Shown piece after piece: positions 1 to 8,141 of a stretch of DNA of 17,496 nucleotides (positions are counted from its first letter, which is position 1; each line of letters begins with the position of its first letter). The DNA is taken from positions 1-17,496 of the forward strand of contig NW_021824899.1 of NCBI RefSeq assembly GCF_006345805.1, read 5' to 3'. A program made the position numbers and the translations under genes. The notes under the pieces were generated by a model. That model had not been told where the DNA came from. It made no database searches and saw only the letters and a list, made by a program, of their open reading frames with translations. The stretch comes from Octopus sinensis. Taxonomy: Eukaryota.

Positions 1-91
1 TAAAAACATAAAAAAAATAACTATTTCATTTGTACATGAAACCCACCCTGCAAAACCTATGATACAAGTGAGCTAATATATCGGATCTCTG

Positions 92-311
92 AAGGTGGCG
101 AGCTGGCAGAAACGTTAGCGCGCCGGGCGAAATGCTTAGCCGTATTTCGTCTGCCGTTATGTTCTGTGTTCAAATTCCACCGAGGTCGACTTTGCTTTTC
201 ATCCTTTCGGAGTCGATTAAATAAGTACCAGTTACACACTGGGGTCGATCTAATCGACTGGCCCCTCCCCCCAAATTTCGGGCCTTATGCCTTGAGTAGA
301 AAAGAAAAGAA
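92..311 (+). mobile_element. tRNA-derived SINE family A, full length, tail type 1
   Basis: Head AAGGTGGCGAGCTGGCAGAAACGTTAG (A-box-like), B-box-like GTTCAAATTCC, central GGTCGACTTTGCTTTTCATCCTTTCGG..TCGATTAAATAAGTACCAG, tail CCCCTCCCCCCAAATTTCGGGCCTT..AGTAGAAAAG; homologous to many other copies in this window. Confidence 0.9.
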
Positions 312-387
312 TATTTTTAATCACCCATTGAAAGTACATGTTTGACTATGATGTGTTTTCTTAAATACACGCAAGGCTTCAAATGTT

Positions 388-600
388 GATTTCAAATTTT
401 GGCACAAGACCAGCAATTGCGGGGGAAGGAATGAGTCAATTATATCGACTCCAGGACTCAACTGATACCCATTTTATCAATTCCGAAAGGACGGAAGGCA
501 AAGTCGACTTTGGCGGCATTTGAACGCAGAACAAAAGTCAGACGAAATGCTGCTAAGCATTTTACCCAACGTGCTAACGATTCTGCCAGCTTGCCGCCTT
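388..600 (-). mobile_element. SINE family A, full length, diverged, tail type 2
   Basis: Reverse complement of family A from tail (GATTTCAAATTTTGGCACAAGACCAGCAATT) to head (TCTGCCAGCTTGCCGCCTT). Degenerate TSD: AAGGCTTCAAATGTTG (373-388) vs AAGGCTTCT+GATATTG (602-610 joined to 851-857), 13/16. Confidence 0.88.
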
Positions 601-610
601 TAAGGCTTCT

Positions 611-832
611 TATTTCTTTATTGCCCATAAGGGGCTAAACAGAGAGGGGACAAACAAGGACAGACAAACGGATTAACTCGATTACATCGACCCCAGTGCG
701 TAACAGGTACTTAATTTATCGACGAAATGTAAAGTCGACCTCGGCGGAATTTGAACTTAGAACGCAGCGGCGGACGAAATACCACAAAGCATTTCGCCTG
801 GCGTGCTAACGTTTCTGCCAGCTCGCCGCCTT
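611..832 (-). mobile_element. SINE family A, tail type 3, with 18-20 bp TSD
   Basis: Runs from tail TATTTCTTTATTGCCCATAAGGGGCTAAAC to head GCTCGCCGCCTT, with a small internal deletion near 722. Flanked by TTGCCGCCTTTAAGGCTTCT (591-610) and TTGCCGCCTTTAAGGTTTCT (831-850), 19/20. Confidence 0.92.
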
Positions 833-857
833 GCCGCCTTTAAGGTTTCTGATATTG

Positions 858-1040
858 CAAAAAGGGGCTAAACACAGAGAGGACAAACAAGGACAGACAA
901 ACGGATTAAGTCGATTATATCGACCCCAGTGCGTAACTGGTACTTATTTAATCGACCCCGAAAGGATGAAAGGCAAAGTCGACCTCGGCGGAATTTGAAC
1001 TCAGAACGTAGCGGCAGACGAAATACCTATTTCTTTATTG
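858..1040 (-). mobile_element. SINE family A, tail type 3, head-less circularly permuted unit
   Basis: On + it begins inside the tail (AAGGGGCTAAACAC), runs to GACGAAATACC (1027), then restarts with the tail end TATTTCTTTATTG (1028-1040). Bounded by TATTG at 853-857 and 1036-1040. Confidence 0.9.
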
Positions 1041-1166
1041 TGGGGTTCATTGGTTTCTCTACAATATCATGCCTTTCAGTCAAATGTAAATAAAAATAAC
1101 GATTTCGGTTTTTCGAGAACGTATCAACCCTTGTCATTACTGTCTCGAGTCCTCGAGTCCAAATCC

Positions 1167-1225
1167 GGGAATCCAAGTCACAAACTTGTATGTAACACCC
1201 TAACCACTTGATCACGCGCTTTCAC
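1167..1225 (-). mobile_element. Degenerate tRNA-like SINE head fragment (C-like)
   Basis: Minus strand GTGAAAGCGCGTGATCAAGTGGTTAGGG...GATTCCC resembles the family C head GTGGAGGCGCAATGGCCCAGTGGTTAGGG...GATTCCC. Confidence 0.4.
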
Positions 1226-1642
1226 TCGAGAGAGAGAGCTTACCGCCGGATTAAAAAGAAATATGATATAATAATAACGATGAGAAATGTATTTAAATAA
1301 CCGAGTTGAAGGAAATGTCTTGTAGGAATAATCTTCATGGTAGATTCTTGTAGCTGTGTGCTAGAAGATTTATCACGTGTTGCTTCAATAAATCTGATAT
1401 GACGAAGCAAAGAAGTTGCGTTTCCGGCGCCATTTATGTTTTCTTGACATATAGAGACTTCAATATTCGTTATTAAATGAGAAAGTCTATTGGTAGAATC
1501 GTCATTCTTAATTGTTTCTGACATTTTTTGCCGTTGATTATTTACCAAGTTCTTCCGGCCAATGTTTGCAGATTGCAACGGAATTAATGCATGCCAAAAT
1601 TGCAGATGATTTAAATAATATATTCAATATGCCAAGACGTAC

Positions 1643-1793
1643 GAACGCACGCGTGCGCGCACTCACACACTCACACACACACGCACGCAAATACATACAC
1701 GACCACGTACACATACAGTCACACACAAACACTTACGCAGACACACACAGATATATATATATATACACACATGTAAATACACACACGCACACA

Positions 1794-1845
<52 letters not shown>

Positions 1846-2150
1846 CATATCTATGCACATATACTATTCGTGTGTGTACATATATAAATGTCTCTCTATA
1901 AGTGTGCATACAATACCACCCTTCCACCGACACACAGACGCACACTCACACACATATGTGTATATAAACACATGCACACACTCACAACAATCAACAGATA
2001 CACAGTCACGTAGACATACATACATCACACACACACACACACACACACGCACACATATACACATTTCTATACATACACAGCCACTCCACTTGTAACTACA
2101 TGCATATATGCACGCACACGCCCATGCATACACATATATATGCGTGTATG
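1643..2150. repeat. Compound (CA)n/(TA)n microsatellite region
   Basis: Pure (CA)n at ~1798-1832 and ~2026-2048 within degenerate CA/TA repeats. Confidence 0.9.
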
Positions 2151-2289
2151 TGTTTTGTAAGGATATAAAATATGTAACTAAGGAATCGCGTGCATGTGTG
2201 CTCAATTATATATACAAATATGCAAAGGAACGAAAAATATTCAAATAATTATACATACAGAGCCATGTAACCTGTCAACTCATTCTGTG

Positions 2290-2750
2290 TATATATGGAT
2301 ATATATATATATATATATATATATGTATACACACACATATATATATATACATATATATATACATATATATATGTATTGTAACACATATATATATAGATAT
2401 ATATACATATATATATATATATATCATTTATATATGTATATATGTATATGTATATACACATATATGTATGTGTATTATGTGTATATACATATATATGTGT
2501 ATTGTATATATATATGTATATATATATGTATATACATACATATATATGTATATGTATATACATATATATATGTATATGTATATATATGACTATATATGTA
2601 TCTGTATATGTATATATGTATGTATATATATCCATATATACACACATATAGACAAACGTATATATATATACACACATTTATGTATATATATGTACATATC
2701 TGTGTATGTATATTATATTATATTATAATAATAATATATATATATATATA
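2290..2750. repeat. Degenerate (TA)n/(TATG)n microsatellite
   Basis: Near-continuous alternating TA with TG/CA interruptions. Confidence 0.92.
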
Positions 2751-3188
2751 TCGGGGAGGTATACGCACAAAGCCACAATACAGATAATATGTGCAAAGCA
2801 TGCGCACACACACACACATACCGACATATACACGCAACAGAAATATATATACGCACATATAAACACACAGATAAGGTACACATATAACTACAGGCTTCAG
2901 AAATTGCACATTTGCATAGTCGTAACGTCTACAATTATTACAGTCGAAGACAAATGCTGAGTGAATGTTAATTAAATTCACACACACACATCCACAGATA
3001 TATGCGTGTATGATGTGTATTCGGACTGTGCGTGTGTCTAGTGCCTGTGTCTACTGAGTGTGGGGTGGTGGGGGTGTAATATGAATATTGCTGAAGCAAG
3101 TTAGGAAAATTGCATTTCTTGCGAAAAGTATTTCGGGATGGAGTAAAGATCTCTCAATAATTTCAGTGTTGGAGAGACATACGTAAGC

Positions 3189-3343
3189 ACACACACACAC
3201 ACAACATACACACACACTCTCTCTCTCTCTCTCTCTCTCAGACAACACACACTCACACGTATGCTCACAGAGGCATATACACGCACATACATCTGTATGT
3301 ATGTATTATGTATGTATGTAGTATGTATGTATGTATATATATA

Positions 3344-3403
<60 letters not shown>

Positions 3404-3443
3404 ATATATATATTTATATGTATATACGTGTATGCATATAGGT

Positions 3444-3476
<33 letters not shown>

Positions 3477-3478
3477 AA
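3189..3478. repeat. Compound (CA)n-(CT)n-(TATG)n-(TA)n microsatellite
   Basis: Directly visible tracts. Confidence 0.92.
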
Positions 3479-3898
3479 TTAAATAATTTTTTCAATATAC
3501 AAACAGATACAGCTGCACACAGATATATTTACTGGTGGAAAACTAATATAACACGTGAAGAAAATTATAGTTTTTGCATAAATATATCAAGATCGATCGA
3601 ATATTCTGCATAAGCCTACAAATAACAACAACAACAACGATAAGAACACCAAAAAATCGGTAAACACGAAAGAAATTCATAAAATTTACCAAAACATTTG
3701 AAATACCACGAAATGTGCAACTGTATAAATTAATTTAACGAAACACAATCGCAAGAAAGGTCAACAGTCTGTTCCACTTTTCCCAAACTTCCAAATAACT
3801 GCTGTTCCTTACACATCCACCGCTACTCGAATAGTTACACATCTTCTGCAGTAGTAAGGCCTCGCCCACATCATGCTCACCTATGTGTTAATATTTCC

Positions 3899-4083
3899 TT
3901 CAAATTTTGGCATGAGGCCAGCAGTTTTTAAGGGAGAGGTCAGTCGATTATATCAATCCCAGCGATTAAGTGTTATGTATTTTTATTGGACTCGAAAACA
4001 ACGCGAGGCTAATTTTACCTCGGCGGCTTTTGAGCTTAGCTCGTAAAACTGGGAACAATTCCGCTTAGCCTTCGCTCGCGTTT
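3899..4083 (-). mobile_element. SINE family A, old, tail type 2
   Basis: TTCAAATTTTGGCATGAGGCCAGCAG...AGTCGATTATATCAATCCCAG...ACCTCGGCGGCTTTTGAGCTTAG aligns with the 388-600 copy. Confidence 0.7.
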
Positions 4084-4195
4084 AATAACACACTTTAACT
4101 GAGTAATCTGAATGCAAAAGTGTTAATTATAGAGAAATAACAATTTTTGTTTATTTTGATACAAAGATCTGATATTCAACTGGAAATGAAACTGG

Positions 4196-4610
4196 ACTCT
4201 TTACTCTCTCTTTTACTCTTTTACTTGTTTCAGTCATGTGACTGTGGCCATGCTGGAGCACCGCCTTTAGTCGAGCAAATCGACCCCAGGACTTATTCAT
4301 TGTAAGCCTAGTACTTATTCTATCGGGCTCCTTTTAGCGAACCGCTAAGTTACGGGGACGTAAACACATCAGCATCGGTTGTCAAGCGATGTTGGGGGGA
4401 CAAACACAGACACACAAAATTATACACACACATATATATATATGTACGACGGGCTTCTTTCAGTTTCCGTCTACCAAATCCACTCGCAAGGCTTTGATCG
4501 GCCCGAGGCTCTAGTAGAAGGCACTTGCCCAAGGTGCCACGCAGTGGGACTGAACCCGGAACCATGTGGATCGTAAGCAAGCAACTTACCACACAGCCAC
4601 TCCTACGCCT
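4196..4610 (-). mobile_element. tRNA-derived CORE-like SINE family B, full length
   Basis: Minus strand: head AGGCGTAGGAGTGGCTGTGTGGTAAG, B-box GGTTCAGTCCC, then GTGGCACCTTGGGCAAGTG (resembles MIR CORE TGTGACCTTGGGCAAGT), internal TA/TG microsatellite and (GTAAAAGA)n tail. Near-identical to 10929-11334 and 15633-16039. Possibly one of the published octopus OR-type SINEs (not verified). Confidence 0.93.
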
Positions 4611-4784
4611 GTCAATAATTTTTGAGCGATTTTTGTTTTGTAAAGGAAGGAAATTTGTTTCGAATATCGCTCGTTTTAAGATGCCCATGAACACTGCCTA
4701 GAAAGATGTTGATATTTAACGTAATTGGCAAAAAGCTCATACTTTTGTAGGGAATTGTAAGAGATCGAGTTTGATCCAGAATGT

Positions 4785-4880
4785 ATTATATCGATCACTG
4801 GAAGATGAAAAGGTCAACCTTTGTCAGATTTGAACTCAGAGCGTAATGGGTCATATATATGATAGCATTTCTGTGACTAC
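4785..4880 (-). mobile_element. Highly degenerate family A fragment
   Basis: TATCGATCACTGGAAGATGAAAAGGTCAACCTTTGTCAGATTTGAACTCAGAGCGTAA matches ATCGACCCCGAAAGGATGAAAGGCAAAGTCGACCTCGGCGGAATTTGAACTCAGAACGTA. Confidence 0.55.
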
Positions 4881-4939
4881 GATACTTTATGGAGCATAAA
4901 AAATGATTAGATGCTATTGTGGTAGAAAGTTATGGACAG

Positions 4940-5077
4940 TTTTTGTCGACTTGATGGAGGGTTAAGAAAGAAGAAAAATCAATAACCCTTGGAGAGATTT
5001 GAACACAGGACATATACCATTGTAACAAATCGTTATAAGTTGGCCATCTAACAACATCCTGACCAATTCGCCTGCCT
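4940..5077 (-). mobile_element. Very degenerate family A-like fragment
   Basis: Scattered motifs in the expected order: TGTCGAC, CCTTGGAGAGATTTGAACACAG, CTGACCAATTCGCCTGCCT. Confidence 0.3.
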
Positions 5078-5344
5078 GAATGGTGTAGGATATAAAGTAA
5101 ATAAAACAGATAGAATGAAAAAAAAAACCGACAAGGAAGCCATTGTACGATTTAAGTCAATAAATAGATTGGCTGTCAACAGAAATATCCATTCTCTAAC
5201 ATAGAACAGGGTTGTCAGTGATTTATGGCGAACATTTTATTTCTATGTGGTGATTCTCGCTCCAGGGTTTATAGCCATATTGTTTAAAATCTTCGAACCG
5301 CAATATTCCAGCCTGTTGGGCTTCTATCGAAACTCTCAAATAAA

Positions 5345-5347
<3 letters not shown>

Positions 5348-5394
<47 letters not shown>

Positions 5395-5814
5395 CACACA
5401 CACGCGCACACACACACACACACATACACGCACATATATATATACATAATTATATATATACATATATACATTATATATATATATACATAAATATGAAATT
5501 ATATATACACATCTATAGAATTATATATGTATGTATGTATGTAGGTTGTAATGTATGTATGTTTTATATATATTATATATAATTATTATATATGTAGATT
5601 ATATAAAATCATATATGTATATATATATAGATATATATATATTATATATATAATATAAAATTATATGTATATGTTCTATATATAAAATTATATATATATA
5701 TATAGATATATAATTAAATATATGTATAAAATTATATCTAATATCTATATATCTCTATATCTATCTATCTATATATATATATTATATAATATATATATAT
5801 ATATATATAATATA

Positions 5815-5888
<74 letters not shown>
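5348..5888. repeat. (CA)n followed by long degenerate (TA)n
   Basis: Pure (CA)n ~5348-5391, then a TA-rich tract. Confidence 0.93.
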
Positions 5889-5890
<2 letters not shown>

Positions 5891-6163
5891 TAGATTACTA
5901 TTTTCGAATCTCACAACAGTACTTCGTAGTAAAGATTGTTTGCCAACATAACATGGCAGTCCTGGTTTAGGACAAATATCCCGGAAATCGCGATACACAG
6001 CTATTGGTTTGAGCTGAGTGGGTGTGCTAGATTCCCTTGTTCCGACATATAAGGAGACAGATCGTGTCGTATAGCCAGCTGGAGACGATGTCTGCTGGGG
6101 CTAAATTACAGTAACATTAGTCCTAAACCAGGACTGCCATGTTATGTTGGTAAACTATCTTTA
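5889..6163. mobile_element. Non-autonomous inverted-repeat element in (TA)n: Penelope-like remnant or MITE
   Basis: 44-bp inverted repeat 5930-5973 / 6120-6163 (42/44), 146-bp spacer, plus a 41-bp unique extension (5889-5929) outside the left repeat only; both ends abut (TA)n. Confidence 0.7.
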
Positions 6164-6201
6164 TATATATATATATATCTATATAAAATTATTTATATAT
6201 T

Positions 6202-6645
6202 TACTCTTTTATTCGTTTCAACCATGTGGCTGAAGTCATGCTACAGCACCACTATGGTTTTTCAGACTTCCTCAGTCTGGGGTGTATCACATCACCACTC
6301 TTGTATGTGCCTTTGTCCCAGCTATTGGCCCATCTGGTTTATAAGGGAGTTTGATTCCTCAGCCCTCGTCTGCACTTCATGTCGGGCTATTGGTTCATCC
6401 GGTTTCGTGGAAAGGAGGATGTTTAGTTCCTTTTTACTTCAACCTCATGCAGATTTCTTAATTTTTAAAAAGCTTTTTGTGGCAGGGCATTGAAGAGCTG
6501 TGGGCCTTTGAACCCTAGGCTATTGCAGTACCTGGTCCTGAATTTAAATGGGGTGGATGGTACATTTGGTACAATATAATGTCAGCCAGTTCTAGCATAT
6601 GCCGAAGTTAGGTATTAGCCCTTCTAGGATTTTCCATATGTATAT
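6202..6645 (-). mobile_element. 3' relic of a CR1/L2-group LINE (ORF2 C-terminus, 3' UTR and tail)
   Basis: Minus-strand translation with frameshifts: IYIWKILEGLIPNFGI / ARTG*HYIVPNVPSTPFKFRTRYCNSLGFKGPQLFNALP / LRNLHEVEV / KELNILLSTKPDEPIARHEVQTRAEESNSLINQMGQ* (stop at 6322-6324). This is a typical post-RT C-terminal segment of CR1/L2-group ORF2. Ends in GAAACGAATAAAAGAGTAA. Confidence 0.85.
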
Positions 6646-6753
6646 ATAAAGATTAATTATATGTAAAGATTATACATATACATATATAAAGATTATATAT
6701 ATATAAATATAACGAATATAGATCTATATATAAATTTAAAGAAGATATATATA

Positions 6754-6819
<66 letters not shown>

Positions 6820-6820
6820 T
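6646..6820. repeat. (TA)n microsatellite with short TAAAGATTA repeats
   Basis: Directly visible. Confidence 0.88.
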
Positions 6821-6951
6821 AATGGCTTAATTTGACTTTCTCATATATCATTCTAGCGACAGACATTTCGTTCTCGTTGTCTGTGATTAGACAAAACATG
6901 ACTATGTCTTCATCTTCATAACGATTTTTCGAAATTAAATGTTTCAGAAGG

Positions 6952-7095
6952 AAGGGCGGATTTGGATGAGAGTATCGGTAAAGAATCAGTCAAAATCTTT
7001 AGTTACATGTCCGCATCAATTGCTGATTTCAAATAATGCCAGAATCGACTTTGATTTCCCTCTTCTGGGGGTGGGGAATTAAAACCATCAAGAAT
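6952..7095 (+). mobile_element. Old degenerate SINE family A copy
   Basis: AAGGGCGG...ATCGGTAAAGAATCAGTCAAAATCTTTAG...CTGATTTCAAATAATGCCAGAATCGACTTTGATTTCCCTCTTCTGGGGGT is colinear with the family A head and core. Confidence 0.55.
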
Positions 7096-7101
7096 ACAGT
7101 T

Positions 7102-7456
7102 GATTCTAATTTTGGCAAGCAATTTTGAGAGGAGGGAATAAGTTGATTACATCGACCTTAGTGCTCAGCTTGTACTTATTCTATCGACCCCGAAATGATG
7201 AAAGGTAAAGTCCACCTTGGCAGAATGTGAATTCTAAATCTAAGGCTGGGATAAATACCTATTTCTTTACTACCCACAAGGGGCTAAACACAGAGGGGAC
7301 AAACAAGGACAGACAAACAGATTAAGTCGATTATATCGACCCCAGTGCGTAACTGGTACTTATTTAATCGACCCCGAAAGGAGGAAAGGCAAAATCGACC
7401 TCGGCAGAATGTGAATTCTAAATCTAAAGCCGGGATAAATACCATTAAGTATTTTG
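7102..7456 (-). mobile_element. Old family A copy (tail 2) interrupted by a young family A insert
   Basis: Old segment 7102-7259 resumes at 7403-7456; 41 bp of diverged sequence is duplicated (7219-7259 / 7403-7443, 39/41). Confidence 0.85.
7260..7402 (-). mobile_element. Young family A insert (tail type 3), 5'-truncated, in register with host
   Basis: TATTTCTTTACTACCCACAAGGGGCTAAACAC...TCGACCTC, near-identical to the corresponding part of the 858-1040 copy. Confidence 0.9.
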
Positions 7457-7907
7457 TGAGAGGTTCCACAGGACATATCTGAAATGGAAGCGAAGTATCA
7501 AGGCCGGTTCAATCCAGACATGTTGGGTAACTACTACTGGTTCCCTCAACGGGTGACCAACACGAGGCATAAACACAAGTGTCTCAAACATTTCTGAGCT
7601 GAGCATATCAAAAACAAAGTGAGTATTCCCTTATCATAAATATACTAAGTACCATTATTTTATTATACTATTTGCCTTGAACATAAATATACTATATACA
7701 GTACTAATATACTATTATAATAATTATTTACCTTGAATTTAACTATTTCTGATACTAATATATTTAAATATATAATTATGCACATAACTCAAAAATCTTT
7801 ACGTGCTACAGTAATTCTGAGTTCAGATACAGAATCAACGTACTCGATTTAGCTTAGTACAGCAGTATCTGTCTGGGTGGTAGACAATTTTTTGCTATTG
7901 CCTAGTG
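7456..7907 (+). mobile_element. Right end of a Chapaev3-like (CMC) DNA transposon with transposase C-terminal relic
   Basis: 7458-7597 translates (one frameshift) ERFH/DISEMEAKYQGRFNPDMLGNYYWFPQRVTNTRHKHKCLKHF*, matching the GERFHQDI..ME.RYQG.W...ML.DYCW motif I associate with Chapaev3 transposases. The subterminal TAACTCAAAAATC..ACGTG...CTGAGTTCAGAT and terminus TTGCCTAGTG followed by TTA fit CAC..GTG ends and a TWA TSD. Superfamily assignment is from memory; no left end seen. Confidence 0.75.
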
Positions 7908-8010
7908 TTATAATTAAAAAGATTCTAAATAATGTGTAATATACAAGATGTTACTTCTTGAGGCTAACAGTTTTATCATTAAAGATACGAAATCTTTCAA
8001 TACACACATA

Positions 8011-8141
8011 CAGGGTGTCCCAAAAAAATGTATACACACCTTAAATAATTGTAAATTTGTTATTCTTTGTAAGCCTAGTACTTATTCTATCGTTCTCTTT
8101 TGCCGAACCACTATGTGTATACATTTTTTGGGGACACCCAT
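8011..8141. mobile_element. Tc1/mariner-type MITE containing a SINE B fragment
   Basis: TIRs CAGGGTGTCCCAAAAAAATGTATACACA (8011-8038) / TGTGTATACATTTTTTGGGGACACCCAT (8114-8141), 25/28; TA at 8009-8010 and a TA run on the right; 8060-8113 matches SINE B. Confidence 0.8.

Noticed and set aside
980-1040. Self-cleaving ribozyme at the permuted junction (GACGAAA resembles a hammerhead GAAA; GGUAUUU/AAAUUCC resembles an HDV-like P1)
   Set aside because: No CUGANGA core on either strand and no convincing HDV P3/L3/P1.1 elements by eye; an Infernal or RNAMotif search would be decisive.
1512-3482. Many 60-140 aa ORFs rich in Y/I/H/T/C/V (also at 5247-5998, 8673-9212, 11764-12406, 12770-13223, 17241-17442)
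   Set aside because: They are translations of CA/TA/TATG microsatellites, which lack stop codons in most frames.
4350-4694. Apparently conserved ORFs recurring at 11041-11341 and 15814-16073 (and 10284-10675 / 12403-12779)
   Set aside because: The recurrence reflects SINE B and C copies; frames and lengths are not preserved between copies.
7635-7760. Short degenerate repeats (CATAAATATACTA, TATTT.CCTTGAA) resembling a spaced array
   Set aside because: Only two imperfect AT-rich copies inside the transposon 3' region; not CRISPR-like, and the context is eukaryotic.
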